Notes: a model not told the origin generated them from the sequence alone. 64,000 bases of DNA from an uncultured Gammaproteobacteria bacterium (GCA_963744735.1 CAVUVH010000006.1:50688-114687), one strand, 5' to 3'. Shown: positions 22,630-34,325, counted from the first letter of the stretch. Translations and numbers: made by a program.

Positions 22630-23633
22630 ATGCTGCCTGCGACGATGCGCTACATGACGACCACTGCCGCGGGCGGCCCCGAGGTACTGGTGCCCGGCAC
22701 GACCGCGCTGCCACAACCGGCCGCGGACGAAGTGCTGCTCCGCGTGCAGGCGGCGGGCGTCAATCGCCCGGACGTCCTGCAGCGCAAGGGCCTGTATCCA
22801 CCGCCGCCCGGGGCGAGCCCGATCATCGGCCTGGAAGTGGCGGGCGTCGTGGTCGCCATGGGCACCGATGTGCGCGGTGTCGCCCTGGGTGACCGGGTGT
22901 GCGCGCTGGCGAACGGCGGCGGCTACGCCGAATACTGCGCCGTGCCCGCCACGCAGTGCCTGCCGTGGCCCCGCGACTACGATGCCGTGCGCGCGGCCGC
23001 CCTGCCGGAGACATTCTTCACCGTCTGGGCCAACCTGTTCCTGCACGGACGATTTCGCGCGCGGCGAGACCGTGCTGGTGCATGGCGGCAGCAGCGGCAT
23101 CGGCGTCACGGCGATCCAGCTTGCGCGCGAGTTCGGCGCGGCAGCGGTGTATGCCACGGCCGGCAGCGACGAGAAATGCACCGCGTGCGTGCGGCTTGGC
23201 GCGACGGCGGCGATCAACTACCGCAGCCGAGGATTTCGCCGAGCGCATCGCCGCGCTGACCGAGGGCCGCGGCGTCGACGTGATCATCGACATCGTCGGC
23301 GCGCCCTACTTCCAGCGCAACATGGACAGCCTCGCGTTCGACGGCCGCCTGGTCGAAGTCGCCACGCAGTTCGGCACCCGGGTCGAGAACTTCGACCTGC
23401 TGCAGGTGATGCGCAAACGCCTGACCGTCACCGGCTCGACGATGCGGCCGCGCACCACGGCGCAGAAGGCAGCGATCGCCGCGGAGCTGCAGCGCCAGGT
23501 CTGGCCGCTGCTCGACGCCGGGCGGATCGCGCCCGTGATCCACGCCGTGTTCCCGCTGGAGCAGGCGGCCGAGGCGCACCGCGTCATGGAGTCGAGCACG
23601 CACATCGGCAAGCTGATGCTGACCGTCGGCTGA
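22630..23633 (+). CDS. NAD(P)H:quinone oxidoreductase, zinc-independent MDR (PIG3-like) family (two frame breaks)
   Basis: Segments lie in ORFs 22630..23259, 22868..23755 and 22899..23633: ...[39 protein letters not shown]...[21 protein letters not shown]...HIGKLMLTV. Breaks at about 23050 and 23228. Confidence 0.8.
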
Positions 23634-23648
23634 GGCGGCCAGAAACGC

Positions 23649-23675
23649 GAACGCCCGCTTGCGCGGGCGTTCTTT
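23649..23675. terminator. rho-independent-type hairpin between the oxidoreductase gene and tRNA-Ser
   Basis: GAACGCCCGC-TTGC-GCGGGCGTTC forms a 10-bp GC-rich stem followed by TTT on the plus strand. On the minus strand the same hairpin lies just 3' of the tRNA. Confidence 0.6.
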
Positions 23676-23680
23676 GTAGC

Positions 23681-23773
23681 TGGCGGAGAGGGTGGGATTC
23701 GAACCCACGTGGGGCTATTAAACCCCCATCCGATTTCGAGTCGGCGCCGTTATGACCGCTTCGGTACCTCTCC
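23681..23773 (-). tRNA. tRNA-Ser (anticodon CGA), 93 nt with long variable arm and encoded CCA
   Basis: The reverse complement reads GGAGAGGTACCGAAGCGGTCATAACGGCGCCGACTCGAAATCGGATGGGGGTTTAATAGCCCCACGTGGGTTCGAATCCCACCCTCTCCGCCA. It has a 7-bp acceptor stem GGAGAGG/CCTCTCC, anticodon loop CUCGAAA, a GGTTCGAATCC T-loop, and an extra arm typical of class II tRNAs. Confidence 0.9.
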
Positions 23774-23873
23774 GCGAGGGCCGCGAATTCTATAGCAGCC
23801 GGCGGCGCAGCACCACCCGCGCAGCGCGCCATCGCGGCAGGCACAATGGGGCCGGCCGCCGGGCCCTAAGTCC

Positions 23874-25756
<1,883 letters not shown>

Positions 25757-25866
25757 TCAAGGAATCCCAGCCGGTCGTCGCTGCGCGGCGCATTGTCCCC
25801 AACCCAGGCGTAACATGAACGCTCTGTTCCTGCCGCTCGGCACGCCTGCTCGACGCGCCTTCGCCG

Positions 25867-27478
25867 ATGACACCGCCCGCCCCCGCGTCCCGCGGCAACC
25901 AGGCTGAGCTGCGTCGACCTGGTCCTGGTGCTGGGCGACCAGCTCGACCTGGACGCCGCCGCGTTCGACGGCTTCGACACCGCGCGCGATGCCGTGTGGA
26001 TGGCCGAGGTGGCCGAAGAATCGACGCACGTGTGGTCGAGCAAGCCGCGCACGGTCATGTTCCTGGCCGCGATGCGGCACTTTGCGCAGGGCCTCCGGAC
26101 AGCCGGCCGAACCCTGCATTACATGCGGCTGGACGATCCCGCCAACCGCGGCAGCCTGCCGGCGCAGCTGCACGCCGACATCGAACGCCTGCGCCCCGCC
26201 CGGCTGGTGCTGACGGCGCCCGGCGACTGGCGGGTGCTGCAGGCAATCAAGGCCGTCGCGCAGGCCCACGGCCTGCCGCTCGACCTCCGCGAGGACCGTC
26301 ACTTCTATTGCAGCGTGCGCGAATTCGCGGCGCACGCGCGCGGCCGCAAGTCGCTGCGCATGGAGTACTTCTACCGCGAGATGCGCAGGCGCCACGGCGT
26401 GCTGATGGGCGGCGCAGCGGGCGACGAACCCGCAGGCGGCCAGTGGAACTTCGACGAGGAAAACCGTGAGGCCTTCGGCGCCGCCGGCCCCGGCGACGTG
26501 CCGCCGCGCGCGGCATTCGCGCCTGACGCGATCACGCGCGAGGTGATCGCGCTGGTCGGGCAGCGCTTTGCCGCCCACCCGGGGAAGCTCGACAGCTTTG
26601 CCTGGCCGGTGACGCGCGCGCAGGCGCTCGAGTCCCTGCAGCGCTTCGTCAGCGAGCGCCTGCCGCTGTTCGGCCGTCACCAGGACGCGATGTGGCCGGG
26701 CGAGCCGTGGCTGTACCACGCGCACCTGTCGGCTGCGCTGAACCTGAAGCTGCTGAACCCGCGCGAGGTGGTGGCGGCAGCCGAGGCCGCCTACCGCGAG
26801 GGCACGGCGCCACTGGCCAGCGTGGAGGGCTTCGTGCGCCAGGTCCTCGGCTGGCGCGAATACGTGCGCGGCATCTACTGGACCCGCATGCCTGGCTATG
26901 CCGGGCTCAACGCGCTGGAGGCGCAGGAAGACCTGCCGGCCTGGTACTGGAGCGGCGCCACCGACATGGCCTGCCTGCGCGATGCGCTGGCCCAGACGCT
27001 GGAGCATGGTTACGCCCACCACATCCAGCGACTGATGGTGACGGGCCTGTTCGCGCTGATGTACGGCGTGCAGCCGCAGCAGGTGCACGCCTGGTACCTG
27101 GCGGTCTATGTCGACGCGGTCGAATGGGTGGAACTGCCCAACACCCTGGGCATGAGCCAGTACGCCGACGGCGGCCTGATGGCCAGCAAGCCCTACGTGG
27201 CCACCGGCAAGTACATCCAGCGCATGAGCCCGCACTGCCGGGGCTGCCGCTACGATCCCGCGCAGCGCACGGGCGACACCGCCTGCCCGTTCACCACGCT
27301 GTACTGGGATTTCCTGCTGCGACACCAGGCCGCACTGGCCGCCAACCCGCGCATGGCGCTGCAGGTGAAGAACGTGGCGCGCCTGGACGGCTCGCTGCAG
27401 CAGGCGATTCGCGTGCGTGCAGCGGCCATCCGCAAGGGCGAAGTGGGATCAGCTGAGAGTCAGCCGGCCGTTGACTAG
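25867..27478 (+). CDS. cryptochrome/photolyase-family protein of the Fe-S (FeS-BCP, PhrB/CryB-like (6-4) photolyase) type; start uncertain
   Basis: ORF 25928..27478 carries ...[10 protein letters not shown]...WNFDEENRE...[18 protein letters not shown]...[18 protein letters not shown]...HHIQRLMV...[30 protein letters not shown], the C-terminal Cys cluster characteristic of this subfamily. An ATG at 25867 in another frame (MTPPAPAS...) suggests a further indel near 25912. Otherwise the start is the GTG at 25928. Confidence 0.8.
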
Positions 27479-27843
27479 TAGGTCATGTACCCGGCCCGGC
27501 TGCTGCTGCTGGTGCATTCGCGGAAGCGCGCCATCAGCTTCGCCGGCCCGGAGTTCGGGTCCGCCTGGGCCGCATTCCACTCATCCAGCCCCCGGCCGAA
27601 TGCCTCGGCATTCGCGGCTCGCCCGACCCAGTAGAACGTCTGGATGTCGGCACTCTGCTGCGGTACGAGAATCTCAACTCTGTAGTTGTGGGACTTGCCC
27701 CACTGCTCGGTGAAGTCCTTCACGATCTGCAGGTACTTGGTCATGCTGCAGGCACCAGTCATTTTGGACGCGATCACGTCCACGTAGTCAGCCTGAGATG
27801 CCATCGGAAACGCCAGAACGAACAATATGAACAGCTTCTTCAT
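27475..27843 (-). CDS. small secreted hypothetical protein (122 aa, signal peptide)
   Basis: In ORF 27475..28089(-), using the ATG at 27843: MKKLFILFVLAFPMASQADYVDVIASKMTGACSMTKYLQIVKDFTEQWGKSHNYRVEILV... The gene is locally AT-richer than its surroundings. No family recognised. Confidence 0.55.
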   Translation of the reverse strand: MKKLFILFVLAFPMASQADYVDVIASKMTGACSMTKYLQIVKDFTEQWGKSHNYRVEILVPQQSADIQTFYWVGRAANAEAFGRGLDEWNAAQADPNSGPAKLMARFRECTSSSSRAGYMTY

Positions 27844-28110
27844 GACGATTCCCCCGTCTGTCGATGATTGTCGTGCGCGTCGCGTCGTCTCCCCCCTCGG
27901 CGGCGCGAGGCGTGCGGACACTTGGCTCCGCAGACGACGAGACCTCAATAGGCGGAAATGCCTAGGGCCGGAAGTAGCCGGCCTCGCGGCCGGGTTCTGT
28001 GCGATTGCATGCCATGCGCTCAGGCCATCGATTTGGTCACACTGCCCCGATGCCGCAGAATGCGGACAGTGGCCCCGGCGTCGGGGCACGTCCCCTGGAG
28101 ACCGGCACCG

Positions 28111-29340
28111 ATGAGTTCACTCGACCTCGCCTTCGTGCGCGCCCAGTTCCCGGCGTTCAGCGAGCCGAGTCTCGCCGGGTTCGCGCACTTCGAGAATGCC
28201 GGCAGTTCGTTCGCCTGCGGACCGGTGATCGCCGCGCTGGAGCGGCATTACCGGCAGACCAGGGTACAGCCCTACTACGCCTTCGAGCCTTCGGCCGAGG
28301 CCGGCGCCCGCATGGACGACGCGCAGCGACGGCTGGCCGAGTGGCTGCACATCGACCGGGACGAACTGCACCTCGGGCCGTCGACCTCGCAGAACACCTA
28401 CGTGCTGGCGCAGGCATTCCGCCGCTACCTGCAACCGGGCGACGAAGTCATCGTCACCAACCAGGATCACGAAGCCAACATCGGCGCGTGGGCGCGGCTC
28501 GAGGACGCGGGTTGCGTGGTGCGCACCTGGCAGGTGGACCCGGCCGGCGAGTTGCGCATCGCAGACCTCGCCGCGCTGCTCGGGCCCCGCACGCGCGTGG
28601 TTGCGTTCACGCACTGCTCGAACGTCATCGGCAGCATACATCCGGTGCGGGAGATCACCGACCTGGTGCATGCGGCGGGTGCGTGGGCCGTGGTTGACGG
28701 CGTTTCCTACTGCCCGCACGACCTGCCGGACATTCCTGCGACGGGCGCCGACATCTACCTGTTCTCGCTCTACAAGGTCTACGGGCCGCACCTCGGTGCG
28801 ATGTATGTCCGCGCCGCCCTGGCCGCGCAGCTGCCGTCGCAAGCTCATTTCTTCAAGGGCGACGCACTGCCCGGCCGCTTCACTCCCGCCGGACCCGACC
28901 ATCCGCAGGTGGCGGCAGTCAATGGCGTGATCGATTACCTGCAGGCCGTCGCTGCGCGACACGGCCACGGGACTCGATCCGTGCAGGAGCAGGCCGCGGC
29001 GGTGCGGCAATTGTTTCGCGAGCAGGAAAGCGCACTGCTGCAGCCGTTGCTGGATTTCCTCGCGTCCCACGCCAGGGTGCGGATGCTCGGCGGCACGGAT
29101 GCCCGATCACGCGCGCCAACCGTCGCTTTCACGGTTGCCGGCCAGTCCTCGGCATCACTCGCGCGGCAGCTGGCCGGCCAGGGCATCGGCGTGGGCAACG
29201 GCAACTTCTATGCCTGGCGCCTGCTGCAGGCCATGGGGATCGACACCGCGGACGGCGTCGTGCGCGCCTCGTTCGTCCATTACACCTCGCCGGCCGAGGT
29301 GGACCGCCTGATCGCCGCGCTCAGGCAGTTGCTGCATTGA
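28111..29340 (+). CDS. class V aminotransferase-fold PLP enzyme (cysteine desulfurase-like)
   Basis: In ORF 27958..29340, using the ATG at 28111: MSSLDLAFVRAQFPAFSEPSLAGFAHFENAGSSF...VIVTNQDHEANIGAW...AFTHCSNVIGSIHPV...DIYLFSLYKVYGPHLG (probable PLP lysine in SLYK). Intact. Confidence 0.8.
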   Translation: MSSLDLAFVRAQFPAFSEPSLAGFAHFENAGSSFACGPVIAALERHYRQTRVQPYYAFEPSAEAGARMDDAQRRLAEWLHIDRDELHLGPSTSQNTYVLAQAFRRYLQPGDEVIVTNQDHEANIGAWARLEDAGCVVRTWQVDPAGELRIADLAALLGPRTRVVAFTHCSNVIGSIHPVREITDLVHAAGAWAVVDGVSYCPHDLPDIPATGADIYLFSLYKVYGPHLGAMYVRAALAAQLPSQAHFFKGDALPGRFTPAGPDHPQVAAVNGVIDYLQAVAARHGHGTRSVQEQAAAVRQLFREQESALLQPLLDFLASHARVRMLGGTDARSRAPTVAFTVAGQSSASLARQLAGQGIGVGNGNFYAWRLLQAMGIDTADGVVRASFVHYTSPAEVDRLIAALRQLLH

Positions 29341-29365
29341 GCGGATACCCGCCGCGCGGGGGTCC

Positions 29366-30688
29366 ATGAAGGCGCCCCCGAAACGCAAGCAGAGCTCCGT
29401 CCCGACGACCCGCGTGGGGCGCATGCTGCGCTTCGGCCTGCTGAGCGGCGAGCTCGCGCTCTCGACGGCGATCGGCACGGCCCGCCAGTGGTCGACCGGC
29501 AAGCCGCTCGACCTTGCGGCAGCCGTCCTCACGCCGGGCAACGCCAACCTGCTTGCGCGCCGTCTTGCCTCGCTGCGCGGCCCAGCGATGAAGCTGGGAC
29601 AGCTGCTGTCCCTGTCGGGCGACGAGATGGTTCCGGCGGAGTTCCAGGGCGCACTCGCCATGCTGCGCTCGCAGGGCTACTCGATGACGGACACGCAGCT
29701 GCGGCGCGTGCTCGGCCGGGAGTACGGCAAGGGCTGGCAGCAGAAGTTCGCGCATTTCGAGTTCGAACCGATGGCGGCCGCGTCGATCGGCCAGATTCAC
29801 CGGGCGCGCAAGCACGGTGGCCGCGAGCTCGCGCTCAAGATCCAGTACCCCGGGGTCGCGCGCAGCGTGGACAGCGACGTCGACAACCTGGCGAGCCTGC
29901 TGCGGCGACTCGATTTCATCCCGATCCAGCTCGACGTGGCGGCACTGACCGCCGAGGCGAAGCGCCAGCTCAAGCTGGAGACCGACTACGAGGGCGAGGC
30001 GCGCAACCTCGAGCGTTACCGGCGACTCGTGGCGGACATGCCCGACCTGGTCGTGCCGCGCGTGGACCGCACGCTCACCACGCGCCACGTGCTCGCCATG
30101 GACTGGATCGAGGGCGAGCCGCTCGAGGCGCTCGCGAGCGAGGCCGTGCCGCAGGCGCGCCGCAACGCGGTCGGGCGCACGCTGTACGAGCTGATGTTCC
30201 GCGAGCTGTTCGAGTTCCGCTTCATGCAGACCGACCCGAACATCGCCAACTACCTGTACCTGCCGCCCACGCACCAGGTCGCGCTGCTCGACCTCGGTTC
30301 GGTCGGGGAGTACCCGCAGGCGCTCGTCGATGGCTACCGCAAGGCCTGCCGGGCGGTCCTGGCGGACGATGCCGGGGCCCTGCGCGAGGCGGTGTTCGAG
30401 ATCGGCTATGCGCACCCGGACGATCCCGAGGCGATGACGCGCAACTCGCTGGACATCGTCCGCCTCGCCTGCGAGCCGATCACGCACCGCGGGCCCTACG
30501 ACTTCTCCGGTTCGGGGCTCATGGTCCGGGCCCGCGACCTCGGGCTCGCCGTGGCCTTCGGCAAGGGCCTGCGCTCGCCGCCGCCCGAGACGACCTTCCT
30601 GCACCGCAAGCTCATCGGCACGTTCCTGATCTGCGCGAAGCTGCGCGCGCGGGTGAACGTGCACGCGGCGATCGAGAAGTACCTTTAG
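29366..30688 (+). CDS. ABC1/AarF/UbiB-family atypical kinase (440 aa; no obvious C-terminal TM segment)
   Basis: Intact ORF with ...GPAMKLGQLLSLSGDEMVPAEF...FEFEPMAAASIGQIHRARKHGGRELALKIQYPGV...HVLAMDWIEG...MQTDPNIANYLY...ALLDLGS..., matching ABC1 kinase motifs. Confidence 0.8.
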   Translation: MKAPPKRKQSSVPTTRVGRMLRFGLLSGELALSTAIGTARQWSTGKPLDLAAAVLTPGNANLLARRLASLRGPAMKLGQLLSLSGDEMVPAEFQGALAMLRSQGYSMTDTQLRRVLGREYGKGWQQKFAHFEFEPMAAASIGQIHRARKHGGRELALKIQYPGVARSVDSDVDNLASLLRRLDFIPIQLDVAALTAEAKRQLKLETDYEGEARNLERYRRLVADMPDLVVPRVDRTLTTRHVLAMDWIEGEPLEALASEAVPQARRNAVGRTLYELMFRELFEFRFMQTDPNIANYLYLPPTHQVALLDLGSVGEYPQALVDGYRKACRAVLADDAGALREAVFEIGYAHPDDPEAMTRNSLDIVRLACEPITHRGPYDFSGSGLMVRARDLGLAVAFGKGLRSPPPETTFLHRKLIGTFLICAKLRARVNVHAAIEKYL

Positions 30689-30713
30689 GGATGCTCGGCA
30701 AGGGAGCGCGCAG

Positions 30714-31766
30714 ATGACGGAATTCGCGTGGGCGATCGTGGGTCCCGGCCGGATCGCGCAGCGGTTCGCCGAGGCTGTCCACCGGCTGCCCGGGACACAC
30801 GTGCGCAGCGTGCTGGGCCGCGACCAGCAGCGCGTCGGGAAATTCGTCGCGGACTGGTCGCGACCCGGCAAACCGCCACCGCGGCCGGTACTGGATCTCG
30901 ACGCACTGCTCCGCGACGCAAGCATCGATGCCGTCTACATCGCGACGCCGCACTCCTCGCATGCCGCGTTCATCCGCGGATGCCTGCTGGCCGGCAAGCC
31001 GGTGCTCTGCGAAAAGCCCCTCGTTCCCAGCCTTGCGGTCGCGCGCGAGCTCGTGACGCTGGCGCGGGAGCGACGAGTCTTCCTGATGGAAGCCCTCTGG
31101 ACGCGCTTCCTGCCGATCTATGCACGGGTGCGCGACTGGCTGGGCAGCGGCGCCATCGGCCGGGTGCAGGCCATCCAGTCGAGCTTCTGCTTCCACGCCC
31201 CATTCGACCCGGGCAGCCGCCTGTTCAATGCGGACCTCGCCGGCGGCAGCCTGCTCGACATCGGTATCTACAATGTCGCGGTGACGCGCTGGGTGCTGGA
31301 GTCGGCGCTCGGTGCCTGTCCCGACGCGACGAGCCTGCGGGCCGAGGGCACCCTGGCACCGACCGGCGTCGACCAGCGCGTGGCTGGCACGATCCTGTTC
31401 CCCGGTGGCGTGGTCTCGCAGTTCGTCTGCGCACTCGACGGCACGGCGGACAACTCTTTGCGCATCTTCGGCGACCGCGGCTGGATCCGTGTCGAAGCCC
31501 GCTTCTGGGAGGCCACCGAGGCCACGCTGTCGCGGCGCGACCAGCCACCCGAGACGGCGCAGGCGCCGTTTCGCATCAACGGCTTCGAGGAGGAGATCGA
31601 GGAGACCATGCGCTGCGTGCGCGCGGGCCTGACGGAGAGCGCGCGGATGCCGCACGACGAGACCCTGGCGATCGTCGGCTGGCTGGATGAGCTGCGGCGG
31701 CAGATCGGGGTTCGTTACCCGTTCGAACCCGTCAGCGACGAACAGGCCTGGACGAGGTTCCGCTAG
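30714..31766 (+). CDS. Gfo/Idh/MocA family oxidoreductase
   Basis: Intact 350-aa ORF MTEFAWAIVGPGRIAQRFAEAV...IDAVYIATPHSSHAAFIRGCLLAGKPVLCEKPL..., i.e. an N-terminal Rossmann fold and the EKP motif. Confidence 0.8.
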   Translation: MTEFAWAIVGPGRIAQRFAEAVHRLPGTHVRSVLGRDQQRVGKFVADWSRPGKPPPRPVLDLDALLRDASIDAVYIATPHSSHAAFIRGCLLAGKPVLCEKPLVPSLAVARELVTLARERRVFLMEALWTRFLPIYARVRDWLGSGAIGRVQAIQSSFCFHAPFDPGSRLFNADLAGGSLLDIGIYNVAVTRWVLESALGACPDATSLRAEGTLAPTGVDQRVAGTILFPGGVVSQFVCALDGTADNSLRIFGDRGWIRVEARFWEATEATLSRRDQPPETAQAPFRINGFEEEIEETMRCVRAGLTESARMPHDETLAIVGWLDELRRQIGVRYPFEPVSDEQAWTRFR

Positions 31767-31769
31767 TCC

Positions 31770-32708
31770 ATGGACTATCGACCGCTCGGCAACACCGGGC
31801 TTCGTGTCAGTGCCGTGGGTTTCGGCGCCTGGCAGCTCGCCAACCCGATCTGGGCTGGGCCGGACGAAGCCGGCTCCGTGGAACTCGTGCACGCGGCGCT
31901 CGCCGCGGGCTGCAATTTCTTCGACACCGCGCCCGGCTACGGCGGCGGGGCCAGCGAGCAAGTGCTCGGAAGAGCCTTGCAGGGGCGCCGCGGGCAGGCC
32001 GTGCTCTGCACGAAATATGGCCACGCAGATCCGCGGCAGGCGGATTTCTCGGTGACGGGGCTGCGACCCTCGCTGGAGGCCAGCCTGCGCCGCCTGCAGA
32101 CCGACCATGTGGACCTGCTCCTGCTGCACAATCCCCCGCGCGACCTGCTCGACGGAGCAAGGGCAGCCGACCTGTACAGCGAACTCGAAGCCTTGCGGTG
32201 CGAGGGCAAGCTCGGGGCATTCGGCGCCTCGATCGACACCCGCCAGGAATTGCGTACGCTCGCCCTGACCACGTCGAGCGGCGCCGCTGAAGTGCTTTTC
32301 AACGCCTTCCATCAGGATGTGCGACGCGAATTTGGCGAGGCTGCGCGCCGTGGCCTGGGGTTGATCGCCAAGGTTCCGCTGGACTCAGGCTGGCTCAGCG
32401 GCAAGTACGACGAACGCAGCCGCTTCGACGGCATCCGCGAACGCTGGTCGCCAGAGGTGGTCGCCCGTCGGGCCGCGCTGGTGCGAAAGCTGCGCGCCTT
32501 GCTGCCCCCCGGAATGCCGCTGGCACAGGCGGCGCTGTCCTTCGTACTCGCCCATCGCGAAATCGCGACGGTCATCCCGGGCGCGAAGACCCGTGCTCAA
32601 CTGGAGGCCAACCTGGCCGCCGCGTCGGAGCCAATGCCGGCAGCCCTGGTCGCGGCCATCCATGCCCTGTGGGAAACGGACCTGGCGGACGATCCGCTAC
32701 CCTGGTGA
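31770..32708 (+). CDS. aldo/keto reductase
   Basis: Intact 312-aa ORF MDYRPLGNTGLRVSAVGFGAWQL...FFDTAPGYGGGASEQVLGRAL...TKYGH...LRRLQTDHVDLLLLHNP... Confidence 0.85.
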   Translation: MDYRPLGNTGLRVSAVGFGAWQLANPIWAGPDEAGSVELVHAALAAGCNFFDTAPGYGGGASEQVLGRALQGRRGQAVLCTKYGHADPRQADFSVTGLRPSLEASLRRLQTDHVDLLLLHNPPRDLLDGARAADLYSELEALRCEGKLGAFGASIDTRQELRTLALTTSSGAAEVLFNAFHQDVRREFGEAARRGLGLIAKVPLDSGWLSGKYDERSRFDGIRERWSPEVVARRAALVRKLRALLPPGMPLAQAALSFVLAHREIATVIPGAKTRAQLEANLAAASEPMPAALVAAIHALWETDLADDPLPW

Positions 32709-33522
32709 ATCGAACAACGACCTCGATGCCTCGAAGTGCGTGTCCGCAATCTCGTCGAGGCCCGGGCGCGGCCGCAGGTAACTGAAGTAAGCCACCCAGC
32801 GCTCCTGCTCGCTGTCATTGGCGAGGCCCCGGTGCAGGATCCGGTCATCGAAAATCAGGACATCCCCCGCCGCCATCGCCTGCACGCGCAGGTTGTTCCA
32901 CCGCGTCTCCGTCCTGCCCGGCTTGCCGCAGGATCGCCGGGGTGACCTCTGTCGCCGACTGATACAGCAGGCTGTCGCGGTCCAGCCACGGCCGCTGCAG
33001 ATGATTCGTCAGCAGGTGCGTGCCGCGCGCCACTTCGGTCGGGCCGGCGGCGAGCGGGATATCGGCCAGCGCCAGCAGCACATTCACCGCATGCGCGGGC
33101 CGGTCCTCCGCCGACTCGTGCGGCGAGTCGATATGCCATTGTTGCGCGGGCGAGCCGGGACGCGAGAACACGACCCCGCAGAACGATGGCCTGGCGTCGG
33201 GTCCCAGCACCGCGCGGACAAGTCCCAGCCACGGTACCTCGGGCGCAGTAGAGCCCTGCATGCCCCAGATCGGCCGCAGGTCCTCTTCGCGCATCGGGAC
33301 GTCGAACCTGCCGGGCGACCGCTGGACCAGCTCGTGGTAGCCGTTCCTGCTGCCGATCCCGATCGGCCTGGAGCCGAGTGCCGCCATCACGCGCGTTGCA
33401 CGAGCGCGCATCACCGAGTTGATCATGGCCAGCAGCTGCCCGGGAACGAGTCCGCGCACCCGGGCAACGCCTTCGGCGGCGAAGTGCTCGGGGCAAAGCG
33501 CCATGTTCATGGGGTTGCTCAT
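32697..33522 (-). CDS. phytanoyl-CoA dioxygenase (PhyH) family Fe(II)/2-oxoglutarate oxygenase (one frame break)
   Basis: ORF 32845..33522(-) carries ...SPAQQWHIDSPHES...AVNVLLALADI (HxD motif). The tail is in ORF 32697..32885 (...AMAAGDVLIFDDRILHRGLANDSEQERWVAYFSY). Break at about 32930. Confidence 0.7.
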
Positions 33523-33578
33523 GGGAGGATTACAATCCTAGCAGACCCATTCGACTGTCCCGTGACGGAGTCATCGCC

Positions 33579-34325
33579 ATGAAGATCGCCCTGCCAACCG
33601 AAGCCCAGGCCCGCGTGGACCTGGCCGCGGCGTTTCGCTGGGCGGCGAGGCTGGACTGGCACGAGTCGATCGCCAACCATTTCAGTGTTGCGATCTCGGC
33701 GGACCGCTGCCAGTTCCTGATGAACCCGAACGGGCGGCATTTCTCGCGCGTCCGCGCCAGTGAACTGCTGTTGCTGGACGCGCGCGACGAATCCTCGGTC
33801 GAAGGACCCGACGCGCCCGACCCGACCGCCTGGCATCTGCACGCGCAGTTGCACCTGCGCCTGCCGCAGGCGCGCTGCATCCTGCACACGCACATGCCCT
33901 ACGCGACGGCGCTGTGTTGCATCAGGGATTTCGAGTTGCTGATGCTCGACCAGAACGCCTGCCGCTTTCACGGACGCATCGCCTATGACCGCGAATACGA
34001 CGGGATGGCGCTCACGGCTGCGGAAGGCGCGCGCGTGGCCGCCCTGCTCGCCCCGGGCAGGAGCGTGCTGATGATGGGCAATCACGGCGTGCTGGTGGTT
34101 GGGGCCACGGTCGCCGAAGCTTTCGACGACCTGTACTACCTGGAACGCGCCGCAAAGGTACAGATCCTGGCGCTGTCCACCGGGCTTGCGCCGGCGCTGA
34201 TTCCTGACGAGGTCGCGGCCAGGACCTGCGCGCAATGGCACTCGTACCCTGGCGACTATTCCAGCCGGCACTTCGATGCGCTGAAGGAAATCCTGGACGA
34301 AGAAGAGCCGAGCTATCGGCAGTGA
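33579..34325 (+). CDS. class II aldolase/adducin family protein
   Basis: Intact 248-aa ORF with ...NHFSVAI...CILHTHMPYATALC...MMGNHGVLVVGATVAEAFDDLYYLERAAKVQ... Confidence 0.8.
   Translation: MKIALPTEAQARVDLAAAFRWAARLDWHESIANHFSVAISADRCQFLMNPNGRHFSRVRASELLLLDARDESSVEGPDAPDPTAWHLHAQLHLRLPQARCILHTHMPYATALCCIRDFELLMLDQNACRFHGRIAYDREYDGMALTAAEGARVAALLAPGRSVLMMGNHGVLVVGATVAEAFDDLYYLERAAKVQILALSTGLAPALIPDEVAARTCAQWHSYPGDYSSRHFDALKEILDEEEPSYRQ

Noticed and set aside
23681-23773. tRNA-Ser as the attachment site of a prophage or integrative element.
   Set aside because: No integrase, excisionase, phage or conjugation genes lie within 20 kb on either side. I saw no second copy of the tRNA 3' end. The flanking genes have host-like composition.
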